Shown here piece by piece: positions 11,640 through 22,760 of a DNA stretch of 64,000 bases. The DNA comes from Leucoraja ocellata (lineage: Eukaryota). The notes beneath the pieces were generated by a model. The model did not search any database, was not told where the DNA came from, and was given only the letters and a program-made list of their open reading frames with translations. The stretch lies in contig JAWMAR010000016.1 in the NCBI GenBank assembly GCA_036785375.1, forward strand, positions 4,278,001-4,342,000, given 5' to 3'. Within the stretch, counting starts at the first letter, position 1. The number at the start of each line of letters is the position of its first letter. The position numbers were made by a program, and so were the translations under genes.

Positions 11640-12730
11640 CTAATCCATGGTTATGGGTATTCTTCTGTTCCCTGCCGGTCCAACGAGTGTTGCACGTCGT
11701 CTGACGTGGCGGTGACGTTGGGGGGTGGCATATTTTCCATGGGGTCCGCTCTGGGCCCTGGTCTATAGAAGACTTTTGGTGATAGAATGCGGACCCCGAG
11801 CTTTCATCAGTCCGATATGATAGACGTTGACTGATGGACGCGATGGGGTGCTGCTGCGTAGGAATTACTGTTTTTGGTTTGCTCGTCCCGGCCCTGCCCT
11901 CATGAGCCGAACGTTTTGTAAAACTTCTTGCATGTCCTTCATATGCTTTGTGAGGTTTTTGCCAAAGAGCAGTGGGTCTGGCTTAGTGGCTGGGGTATGC
12001 ACAACCCCGCAATGTAGGATTTATGGCAGGTCTTATCACTTGTTTACGAAGGTTGTCATCTCCGTATTTGTCAATGGAACGAGGAAAAATGATGTGATGG
12101 CTGACGTCAGGCTTTTAACGGCCTCCTGTACGTGGGGTTTCCACGTAGCTGTCCACCACACCTAGCAGCTCTTCCTGTTCCTGCACCCCTTGCGTACTCC
12201 CGAGATCTTCAGCCATTGCCCCTGTTCTTGACCAGCCCATTCCTGGTCACCAAAGCTATCCTCTGGAAAGGAGGAAGCAATGGACAGTGCACAAGGCACT
12301 GTGGAGGGAGTGCCCCCCTCTGTGAGAGCGCCCCTCCTGGTCCAAGAGCCGCTCCATGCGGATCAGGCGGCTGTCTCTCCCCCGCCTGGGTGGAGAGACG
12401 TCCCCGTCCGATAAGTTGGAGCCACCGGCCGGACGCCTCTTCCATGGCTTTACTTCCAGCCCGCTGCTCAGGCGCTAGCGGGGCTGGGCTCGGCACGGTG
12501 TCGGGATAGCGGAGTGCCGGGTAAGCGGTCCTACCGCCTTGTTGCTGACCCCGCGAGATGGAACGCTCCTCCGTGGAGTCGAGCGGGGGACAGGTTTGTC
12601 CAAGAGCCTTTCTTCTCTGCCGGACAGCGGAAGGCTCCCTGTGAAAGAAAACCCGACGTCAGCTTACCTGACGGTCCGTTCTTTTACCTCCTGACTCCTG
12701 CTGTGCCGCTGTTGCTCTGCTGGACGTAAA
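11640..12730 (-). pseudogene. DIRS gag-like ORF1 remnant (GC/CpG-rich 5' part)
   Basis: Lies upstream of RT; segment LFGKNLTKHMKDMQEVLQ near 11970-11915 resembles DIRS Gag C-termini; no intact frame. Confidence 0.6.
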
Positions 12731-12978
12731 TGCCACGCATGCGTGCTGAACGGGTTCTTCACGGAATCACTCACGTGACTCTGACGTAAAATCATGGAAT
12801 ATTGATGGTATTTTTTACATCATGTGTGAAAAGTGAACCTTGGGTTAAGTTAAATCTCAATAGAAAATTGGTGCTAACACTTCAAAACTGGTGCAAAATG
12901 TCATTTTATGTACGATTCGTACATTAATAAACAGATATAAGAGAGGTTCAATAAGTTTAGTTTAGATTAGAGATACAG

Positions 12979-14013
12979 TAGGTATGTTGCAAAACCTACC
13001 TGAATCGTCGTTGAGAATCTGCCCCAGGCCGTGTGCGCGATTTTGGCGCCGTTTAGAGGGGGCGGGTTTAAAACGCGATTTTTACTAGGCTGTTGCAATC
13101 GAAAATGTTCAGCCTAGTAAATCATTAACGAAAAATCGCTGAAAGACCCCGTCGCAAAAGGTATTATTAGTTTTTATGGTTTTGTATAATAGTTATAGTA
13201 GTTTAAAAATCACTCTCTAAACCTGCGACCTCTCGCAGCCCCAGGGTTTTATAAAGCAAACAATTAAAGGTATGTACCTTATTTTTACATTAAAAGCGGC
13301 TTCTTAAGAACCCTGTGTATAAAGTTTTCTATAGCGAGTAGCTCATTTTGGGCTCTTTATATCCCGCAGTATTTTTCTGGGCATTTGAGGGCACAAATCC
13401 AGCGCAATCTGAACGTTCTAAACCAGCGCGTTCACAGGAACCCACTAGAAAGCCGATTTAAAATGGACTTTAATTTACAGCAATTGAACACTAAATTCCT
13501 TCCATTTGGCCTATAAATTGATGTAAATGAGATTTAAAAATCATGTTTTATTGTGAATTATTTGTGAATATTATTTGGACACAGGCTATTTAAAAATGTT
13601 AATCATTTATTAAGAAATGGATAGATGTTTAGATCTAGTAATTGAAGTTTGAAATTAGCTACAATTGGGTAACTAACTAATTATATGCTTTAATTTCAGG
13701 TCATCCAAATAAGATTATTTTATATTTGTTTCAGAATGGTTCAATCTATGATAACTGAAAATGTCATTCAGTTCTCTTAATTTTTAAGGTTATGGGCTTT
13801 TGACTGTCCATGATCACAGCATTTTTGTTCTGTCCATAGAATATCAATAGGGAACAAGATGCTAATTTCCGAGTATGAAAATGGCCATAACTTTTTTATT
13901 ACTTGAGATATGAAAGTGAATTAGGTGTCAAATTAAACTTATTTTTATGCTTTATCTGATGGGATAAATTGCAGACTTGATTTTTTAAATCTCAAAATTT
14001 TGTAACATTGCTA
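12979..14013 (+). mobile_element. Non-autonomous hAT-like DNA transposon with 7-bp TSD
   Basis: TIR TAGGTATGTTGCAAAA / TTTTGTAACATTGCTA; GATACAG duplicated at 12972-12978 and 14014-14020; splits an HE1 SINE. Confidence 0.85.
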
Positions 14014-14302
14014 GATACAGCGCAGAAACAGGCCCTTTGGTGTACCGAGTCCGCACCGACCTGCGATCACCACACATTAACACTATCCTACACACATGAG
14101 GGACAATTTACATTTCATACCATGCCAAATAACCTGCAAACACTGTACGCCTGTGGGAAGAAGCCGAAGATCTCGGAGAAATTCCATGCATGTCACAGGG
14201 AGAACATACAAACTCCGTACAGACAGCACCCGTAGTCAGAATTAAACCCATGACATGGGTGTCTGACACTGAAAGGCAGCAACTCTATCATTGTGCCACT
14301 GT
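14014..14302 (-). mobile_element. HE1-like V-SINE (its tail continues at 12955-12978)
   Basis: Continuous SINE sequence once 12979-14013 is removed. Confidence 0.85.
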
Positions 14303-14662
14303 GCAATTTTAGGCAATTGCTCTTTGTTCCGATATCCAGGAAAAGCAAAGAATCAAAGTGAATTGTTGAGGCCTCAGAAGAGTAGAAATACAAGTGTGTG
14401 GTTCCTGCGAAATACAAACAGGGAGAATGAAAGAAGATATGGCTGGCGATGGGATCATATTGGAGCTGATGTAAGATGTCAAGAAGTCATGAAAACAGAA
14501 CACAAGGAACTACAGATGCTGGAATCTCCAGCAAACATTAAGTGCTGGAGGAACTCTGTGGGTCGCGTCAGGATCCTTCTTCAGATTGATTGTATTAGAG
14601 GGAAGAAATTAGAAAATACACGTGAGAGCAGGAGAAAGCTTGGCAAACGATAAGTGAGGGGG

Positions 14663-14793
14663 TTTAAGAGGGAACTGCAGATGCAGGAGAATCGAAGGTT
14701 ACACAAAAAAGCTGGAGAAACTCAGCGGGTGCAGCAGCATCTATGGAGCGAAGGAAATAGGCAACGTTTCGGGCCGAAACCCTTCTTCAGACG
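14663..14793 (-). mobile_element. Young Penelope-derived hammerhead element with 14-bp TSD, nested in an older pLTR
   Basis: Minus strand GTCTGAAGAAGGGTTTCGGCCCGAAACGTTGCC; GATAAGTGAGGGGG at 14649-14662 and 14794-14807. Confidence 0.88.
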
Positions 14794-15884
14794 GATAAGT
14801 GAGGGGGATTTGCCTGGGCAGATGGGTGGAGTAAGTGGCAGAAGTTAGAGGTAAAAAGGAGAGAAAATGGTATCAGATAAGGGAGTCAAGAATTTGCCTT
14901 CAGTACCGTAAGTTTTCACTTTAGGTAACTTTTCTTAATGTTGAACCTTCCAGAATGCCTCTGGAGATCCAGATAAATAACACAATTAGCAAACCCCTCC
15001 TTCCTAATGCATTGGCAACTTCCTCATTAAGTGCAGTTGGGGTCATCTAATTATCATTTACAAATCTACAAGAACTCTCTCCTCTCTGCTCACATTTCTC
15101 TAAGTGCTCAGACAATATAGCTTCCTCCAACTTCTACACAACAAATATTAAACCAGCAGATCTGCAATTTCCTGGTTTTGTTCTCTCTCATCATTTCAAC
15201 ATAATGGAGTTATATTTCCAGTACACCAATTTTCCAATCTCACGAGACAAGTCCTGAATTGGGAAAACAATTTCCTTACCTACATTTGTTAAAACTCTCT
15301 GTATCAAGGTTGTCTGTTGGGTTTTAACGGTCTTTAACTCCATTTGTTCTGTTAATGCTGTTTTCTTCCTTTTGTTAACTTCACTGAGTTCTATTCCTGA
15401 TTTCATTGATATAATCTCTGAAATTACTGTTAGAATACCTTCTTCCCCCAGTGAAGGCAGAATAATTTTGCAGCAAATCGGCCAAGTAGCTATCTTTATT
15501 TGAAGGAAAACCACCATTTATCCTCAGAAAGCTCACATTGCCCTTCACTATCTTATCTTTTCTCATCAGATTGCAAAAATGCTGTTGAGTTAATCTTCAA
15601 ATCTATGACAAAAGGCAATCTTGATTTTGATTTATTTTAACTTGTAATGCCAAAGGCTTTAGGGAAAACAAGCAACTTTTGCCATCTTGGGGATTATTTA
15701 AGATAAACTGGTTAAATGGTAATTGGAATACAGATCACAGATCTTTCTGAGTGCTCCTTATCTGAACTGAAGATTGACTGACATCCCTATCAATGGCTAA
15801 TTGTTTTTTTTTACAGATATTGGCCAATCTGATCTGTTTTCATCATCTTCGCTTTCCGTCAGGCTTGTGGTACTGTTTGATTTA

Positions 15885-16115
15885 TGGAATTTATTTCTTG
15901 GAGTACAGAAGGATGAGGGGTGATCTTATAGAGATGTGTAAGAACATGAGATGAATAGATAGGGTAAATGCTCAGAGTCTTTTACCCAGAGTAGGGGAAT
16001 CAAGAACCAGAGGACATAGGTTTAAGGTGAGGGGCGAGAGATTTACTAGGGATCCGAGGGGCAACTTTTACATGCAAAGCGTGATGGGTATTTGGAACAA
16101 GCTGCCAGAGGTGAT
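15885..16115 (+). mobile_element. CR1 LINE fragment
   Basis: GGATGAGGGGTGATCTTATAGAG..AGAACCAGAGGACATAGGTTTAAGGTGAG..TGGAACAAGCTGCCAGAG. Confidence 0.85.
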
Positions 16116-16189
16116 AATTGTGAAGCATTTTGTACCTGAATGTAATTCTGCAAATATTGAGTATTACATTGCTGGTGAAGGAATGCATA

Positions 16190-17608
16190 ATTCAAGTTCA
16201 AGTTCAAGTGAGTTTATTGTCATGTGTCCCTGTATAGGACAATGAAATTCTTGCTTTGCTTAAGCACACAGAAAAAATAGTAGGCATTTACTACAAAACA
16301 GATAAATGTGTCCATATACCATGATATAAATATATACACACATGAATAAATAAACTGATAAAGTGCAAATAACAGAAAGTGGTTATTAATAATCAGAGTT
16401 TTGTCCGAGCCAGGTTTAATAGCCTGATGGCTGAGGGGAAGTAGCTATTCCTGAACCTGATTGTTGCAGACTTCAGGCTCCTGTACCTTCTACCTGAAGG
16501 TAGCAGGGAGATGAGTGTGTGGCCAGGATGGTGTGGGTCTTTGATGATACTGCCAGCCTTTTTGAGGCAGCGACTGTGATAAATCCCCTTGATGGAAGGA
16601 AGGTCAGAGCCGAATTGCCGAACCAAGCCACGATGCAACTGGTCAGCATGCTCTCTACTGTGCACCTGTAGAAGTTAGAGAGAGTCTTCCTTGACAATCC
16701 GACTCTCCGTAATCTTCTCAGGAAGTAGAGGCGCTGATGAGCTTTTTTTGATAATTGCGTTAGTGTTCTCGGACCAGGAAAGATCTTCAGAGATGTGCAC
16801 GCCCAGGAATTTGAAGTTCTTGACCCTTTCAACCATCGACCCGTTCATATAAATGGGGCTGTGGGTCCCCCTCCTACTCCTTCCAAAGTCCACAATCAGT
16901 TCCTTGGTTTTGCTGGTGTTGAGGGCCAGGTTATTGCGCTGGCACCATATGGACAATTGCTCGATCTCTCTTCTGTACTCTAACTCATCCCCATCAGTGA
17001 TACGCCCCACAACAGTGGTGTCGTCAGCGAACTTGATGATGGAGTTCGCACTGTGGTTCGCTACGCAGTCATGGGTATAGAGTGAGTACAGCAGGGGGCT
17101 GAGCACGCAGCCTTGAGGTGCTCCCGTGCTGATTGTTATCGAGGCTGACACATTTCCACCAATACAAACAGACTGTGGTCTGTGGATGAGGAAGTCGAGG
17201 ATCCAGTTGCAGAGGGATGCGCAGAGACCCAGTTCTGCGAGTTTGCTAACCAGTTTGGAGGGGATGATTGTATTAAATGCCGAGCTGTAATCAATGAATA
17301 ACAGCCTGACATATGAGTTTTTGTTGTCCAAGTGGTCCAGTGCGGAGTGGAGGGCCAGCGAGATCGCATCCACCGTTGATCTGTTGTGGCGGTACGCGAA
17401 CTGCAGTGGGTCCAGGTATTTGTCGAGGTAGGAGTTGATTTGCTCCATGTTCAACCTCTCAAAGCACTTCATCACCACCGGCGTTAGTGCCACTGGTCGA
17501 TAGTCAATGAGGCACGTCACCTTACTCGTCTTGGTCACCGGTATAATTGATGCCCTTTTAAAGCAGGTGGGGACCTCAGACCTCAGAAGTGAGAGGTTGA
17601 AAATGTCC
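16190..17608 (-). mobile_element. Rex1/Babar LINE, 5'-truncated (RT domain and C-terminus)
   Basis: [73 protein letters not shown]; (TTCAAG)n tail; internal deletion near 16613 relative to the 46108 copy. Confidence 0.95.
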
Positions 17609-17779
17609 TGTTAGTAATTTATCTGCCAAAAGCATTAGTTCAAAGCATCACATCTGTCTGCCAGCAATCACTAGCAATTGGAAGGATTAACAAATGTTCA
17701 GTAGGGTCTTATTAGATTAGCTCTTGAAATAAGGGGCAGGACCGAGAAGTGTGATTAAACCAAATCTAGTGCTTGCATT

Positions 17780-17972
17780 CAGTTCAGTTTAGTTTAGAGT
17801 TACAGCACGGAAACAGGCCTTTCTACCCACCAAATCTGCACCGACCAGTAATCCCCACACATTAATACTATCTTACCTAAACATACCAGGGACAATTTAC
17901 ACATACCAATCCAATTAACCTACAAACCTGTACGGCTTTGGAGTGTGGGAGGAAATCAAAGATCTCGGAGAA
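17780..17972 (-). mobile_element. HE1-like SINE, 3' half
   Basis: TTTAGTTTAGAG..GGAAACAGGCC..AACCTACAAACCTGTACG..GTGGGAGGAAA. Confidence 0.85.
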
Positions 17973-17977
17973 AGCTT

Positions 17978-18305
17978 GTTCCTGCGATTATTTCAACAAA
18001 ACCAAAACCGGACTCGACTAAAAATAGGTTGCCATTTGATCGAAGCCAGTGGAGTGGGGTCGCTATTTACTTACAGGCAGTCGAAAGCAATCTCCTTCGC
18101 TGACCCTCCATTTTGATTGGCTCATTGGAGTTTTCAGCAAAGATCCTGTAGGACCTTTGGTTTTCAGTACCTAGAAGATTCGCGCTCGCCACATGCATGT
18201 GCCTGCATGTGGCGAGCGTGACCAAACCGGAAGCGGGGGCCCCGCGGAGGTCGAGTGAGTGACGTGAAGTTCGAGCGAAGTGAAGTTCACGCGTGACGTC
18301 AAGAC
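17978..18305. mobile_element. Internal fragment of the Harbinger-like family (CpG-rich)
   Basis: 17978-18033 matches the reverse complement of 32436-32491; 15-bp perfect hairpin 18183-18218. Confidence 0.55.
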
Positions 18306-19091
18306 GTGCTTAGCCCGGAGACTGATCTTGCTTAACTGGAGGCTCACGTGTCCCCCGACACACGCCCGCTGGATTAAGGAGGTGCTTAACAATTTAAAGC
18401 TTGAAAAACTTAGGTTCTCTCTCAAAGGCTCTACCAAGACATTCCTAGATACATGGAACCCTTTCTTGGAACGTGTTAACTCTCACAACTTGTCCCCGGA
18501 CTCGGAAGAGGACTGAGTGCTCTCCACCATTGTTCTGCTCTACTGCAGCTGCTCTCTCCTTAACCCCCCCCCCCCCCCACACTTATTTATTTAATTACTT
18601 ACTTATTTACTGTTATTAGTGACCCCCCCCCCTTTTTTTTAGTACTTTTTGTTTCGTTTATCTTACCATATTTGTGTGGATGTGTACGTATGTGAGTGTT
18701 GTTTGTCCCTGTTTGGTTCCGACCTGATTCGGGTGGGTTGAAGGTGGGTAAAAATGCCCCTGTCCCACTTAGGAAACTTGAACGGAAACTCCTGGAGACT
18801 TTGCGCCCCACCCAAGGTTTCCGTGCGGTTCCCGGAGGTTGCAGGTGGTTGCCGGAGGTTGCAGGTAGTGGAAGCAGGTAGGGAGACTGACAAAAACCTC
18901 CGGGAACCGCACGGAAACCTTGGGTGGGGCGCAAAGTCTCCAGAGGTTTCCATTCAGGTTTCTCAAGTGGGACAGGGGCATAAGGGTAAGGGCTTTGAGG
19001 GTCGCTTACCTACTGTTGCACAATTATGCCTTGACTGTCACTGTCTGTTATCATTGTATGTATGCAAATTGCTGTGAAATTCAAATAAAAA
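18305..19091 (+). mobile_element. L1-clade (fish-type) LINE 3' end and 3' UTR
   Basis: CLARRLILLNW..PPTHARWIKEV..LKLEKLRF..FLDTWNPF is the ORF2 C-terminal motif; UTR ends in AATAAAA at ~19084. Confidence 0.8.
18755..18980. mobile_element. Harbinger-like MITE with ~86-bp arms (foldback)
   Basis: TGCCCCTGTCCCACTT...AAGTGGGACAGGGGCA followed by TAA; arms ~18755-18840 vs ~18895-18980; inserted in the L1 3' UTR. Confidence 0.9.
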
Positions 19092-19367
19092 GATTTAAAT
19101 CAAACCTACATGCTCAGGTTCTTAATTCTCCTACACTGAGTAAAAGACTGTGCATTCACCATACCAATCCCTTCATGATTTTATAAACTTCTATAAGATC
19201 ACCCTCAGACTCCTGTGCTGCAATGTCTTAGCTTGCCCCAACTTTTCCCTACAGCTCAGGCCCTCATCAATCTTTTCTGAACTCTTTCCAGATTAACGGC
19301 ATCCTTCCAAGAGCTGGGTGACAAAAACTGAACACAATACTCCAAATGCAGCCTCACCAATGTTGTG

Positions 19368-19751
19368 CAGGTCCACTGGTGATTTTCCGGCACCCCTGGT
19401 TCCAGAGCCTTGCCATATTATCCATTTTGCTGGACTAACAGAGATCATGGACTAGAGGGACCGAGATCCTGGTCCACAGAGTCGACCACAAAATCGGCTG
19501 TGGGAATAGTTCCACCGGCTCCAGCCAGGCGGTTCCAGCGGCCCATCCGCGGGGGGTAAATTCAACCCCCCAATTGGAGCAGAAGTCCCAATGAAGTCGC
19601 GATTGGCCGCCTCACGCATCTGAGGCACCACATCTTCGGGGGGACTTTCAGGGGGGGGTGGGGGGAGGGGGATTTCAAGTGTACTCTCATAATTCTGTCC
19701 GGACCAGGGGGTGCCAGACCACTAGTTGCCGGAAAATCAGAGGTAGACCTG
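19368..19751. mobile_element. Tc1/mariner (pogo/Tigger-like) non-autonomous element
   Basis: Imperfect TIR CAGGTCCACTGGTGATTTTCCGGCA vs TGCCGGAAAATCAGAGGTAGACCTG; TA on the right, TG on the left; inserted in a CR1 fragment. Confidence 0.7.
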
Positions 19752-20416
19752 TACAACGTCTCAGGACATGCGTTCCTTTACATGTATGAATGCTTTCACA
19801 AAGATGGACATGATGTGAAAGAAGTCACAAATATCACAGTTGTCCCATTGAGACAAAAACGGCATGTGCTGAACCAAGTGATGGCTCGATGGCTGCTCGT
19901 GCTTCCAGATTTTTGCTGGGATATATTTGGAACATTTGTAGGAACCTAGAGAATTGAAAAACACAATGACAGTTTTTCTGATCCACCTCAGAGCTCAAAG
20001 TTAAAATGGACAAATTGCATGATTAAGAGACCTTTGAAACCTTTGAATATTCTCCATTATACTTCCAACTCTACTTCCCCTCTCTCTTAAAATTGATGAT
20101 GTTGTCATTGTTAATCACCTCTCTAAACAGTTCACTTCAAACATTTAACACCAGCTGTGAAATAGCATTAACTACAATGCTAATGGAACTGTCTTCAACA
20201 CAGAAGATTGTAAACATTAACCTTGAATTCTTTCACCATTAAGACTGTCTTCCATTAAGATATAGAAATTAACTACTCAATGAAAAAGTGGCAATTAAGG
20301 CCAACAATAGTAAATATGGTATCTGCATTGTTTTTTTCATTTGTACCAGATTCAGATTAAGGATGTAAAGGTCGTCAAGATTCAATTGATAGATTAGTGT
20401 TGGGCCTTTATTGATA

Positions 20417-21340
20417 TCCAATCCAATCCAATCCAATCCAACTTTATTTGTTAAGCACTTTAAAACAGCCAATGTTGACCAAAGTGCTGAACAGAAGAAT
20501 AAACAAGACATCATAAACAGACACCATAACAGCTCACATGAGGCGCAAAAATTACAAATGAAATACAACAATAAACCAAAAGACACAAAACATGAGTAAA
20601 AATAATAGCCACGGAATAAAAGCAATCAAAAAATAAGAAATTAAATCAAGTAAATAAATAAAGTCGACATCTTACTGGGTATCAAAGGCCACGGAGAAGA
20701 GATGGGTTTTAAGAAGTGATTTAAAAACAGACAGAGAAGAGGCCTGTTTAATGTGGAGAGGCAGATCGTTCCACAATTTGGGTGCCGACACAGCAAAGGC
20801 ACGGTCCCCTCTGAGCTTCAGCTTAGTTTTAGGCCCACTCAGGAGCAGCTGATTATCTGACCTGAGAGAGCGGGCGGGTGTATAAGGGTGTAGAAGCTCA
20901 GATAGGTAGGGAGGGGCAAGACCATTTAGGGACTTAAAAGCAAATAAAATAATTTTAAAATGGATCCTAAACTGAATAGGCAAGCAGTGGAGTGAGGCTA
21001 AAATGTGCGAAATGTGCTCATGTTTACGTGTGCCAGTTAAAAGACGTACAGCTGCATTCTGTACCATCTGGAGACGGGTGATGGAGGACCCACTAACCCC
21101 CACATACAGTGCATTGCAGTAATCCAGCCGAGTGGTAACAAAGGCGTGGATTACCGTCTCAAAGTGCTGCCTTGACAGAATTGGCTTTATTTTGGCCAGC
21201 TGCCTCAAATGGAAAAAGCTTGATTTAACAACAGCCTTGATCTGACTGTCAAATTTAAGCTCAGGGTCCACTTTAACCCCTAGGTTTGTGATGCTTGGTC
21301 TGATATACTGGGCCAGGGAGCCCAGATCTACAGTTGTCAA
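20417..21340 (-). mobile_element. L2-clade LINE 3' end
   Basis: Uninterrupted 222-aa frame: NLGVKVDPELKF, HAFVTTRLDYCN, LQMVQNAAVRLL, RIHFKIIL, GDRAFAVSAPKLWNDLP, FKSLLKTHLF; (ATCCA)n tail. Confidence 0.95.
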
Positions 21341-21629
21341 TGATACATATAGTCAATGATAACTTGGATATATGGGATTATGGAAAATGTTTTTAATTTA
21401 TGCATCTTAAAATAAAAGATGTGTACCATACTTTGTCCCCTCTGTCTTTAGCTAACAAGGGAGAAGTTGTTTCTCAATCCAAACTACCAATAACTATGCA
21501 GGCTCAATGCTTGGAAGACTGCAAACTTTCACTGGCAAAGACACTTTTTCAGATTTTGTTTTCTCAATTTCCTTAGAGACATTTCACCTGCGTCTATGTA
21601 TGTGCACATGTAATTGGAAACATGATTTG

Positions 21630-22140
21630 AATGATTGATTGATTGAAACATACTCCAAGGATAACACTCTTTGGCCCACCAAATTCACGCCAACCATCGA
21701 TCGCCTGTTCACACCAATTCTATGTTATCCCACTTTTGTATCTACCCGCTACACACGAGGGGTGGAAGGAAACCAGAGCACCCAGAGGAAACCCATGCGG
21801 TCACAGAGAGCACATACAAATTCCTTACAGGCAGCACACATAGTCAGGTTCGAACCTGGGTGTCTGGTGCTGTAAGGCAGCAGCTTTACCACTGTGCCAT
21901 TGTGCCACTCCAGTTCTTCCGCACTAACTAGCAATCACCCAGAGACTAGTTCTATTCTATACACTACGGAACATATCCAGAAGCCAATTATCCTAAAAAC
22001 CCCCCACGTCTTTGGGATGTGGGAGGAAACCAAAACACCCCGGTGATAGCCATGCGCTCACAGGGAGAACGTGCAAACTCCACACAGACAGCACCCAAGG
22101 TCATGATCGAACAAAGGTCTCCACCCTATGTGCTCTACCA
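21630..22140 (-). mobile_element. Two adjacent degenerate HE1-like SINEs
   Basis: Two V-domain/head sets, at 21770-21910 and 22010-22140. Confidence 0.75.
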
Positions 22141-22142
22141 TC

Positions 22143-22306
22143 TTCACATTGTGTTTTTGATTTTTTGTCTTTGGAGCGAATTCTGTCTTTAATTTGTGTA
22201 TTGGTGATGTCCTTATTATTTATTTTACTCCGACTATATGTTTTTTCTATCTTGTTAATTTCTGTAAGGTGTCCTTGAGACTTTGAAAGGCGCCCGCAAA
22301 TAAAAT

Positions 22307-22348
<42 letters not shown>
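22143..22348 (+). mobile_element. L2-type 3' tail with (ATT)n microsatellite
   Basis: TGTAAGGTGTCCTTGAG..GAAAGGCGC..AATAAAATG then ~13 ATT units; TACCATC flanks both sides. Confidence 0.75.
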
Positions 22349-22354
<6 letters not shown>

Positions 22355-22674
22355 CTACAACTGTGCCATCTCTAAATTGTGAAACCATGTTGGCAAATAT
22401 CCACTCCACCAGACTAGATGTTTTAATTTGAAGCTAATTTAAAGTAGTTAACATAGGTACCTGTAAGTGAAAACAATTAGCACCTTCAAATGAGTTACAG
22501 AATTGGTAGCTAAGCAGCGACTTTTGTTTTTGATATCCCAGTTAAATCACAACTGCTCTGCAGTGACAGACAGGCAAGGAACATTGTGTATCCCTCAGGC
22601 TAGTCCGACACTTGAAATAATACATTAGGCAGTGACCAACGACTGGCAAACAAGCAGGCCACCAACAGAAACCT

Positions 22675-22760
22675 TGAAGAAGGGATTCGGCCCGAAACGT
22701 TGCCTATTTCCTTCGCTCCATAGATGCTGCTGCACCCGCTGAGTTTCTCCAGCTTTTCTT
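22675..22760 (+). mobile_element. Penelope-derived hammerhead element
   Basis: TGAAGAAGGGATTCGGCCCGAAACGTTGCC..CACCCGCTGAGTTTCTCCAGC; near-identical to the 14663 and 59930 copies. Confidence 0.85.

Larger units (their letters stand above)
8326..12791 (-). mobile_element. DIRS1-type tyrosine-recombinase retrotransposon, full structure, ORFs disrupted
   Basis: Gag-RT-RNaseH-MTase-YR order; ITR 8403-8436 vs 12731-12764; internal complementary region 8555-8667 pairs with both termini; TTTT at both ends on the minus strand. Confidence 0.95.

Noticed and set aside
22101-22409. Poly-isoleucine ORF
   Set aside because: Translation of an (ATT)n LINE tail.
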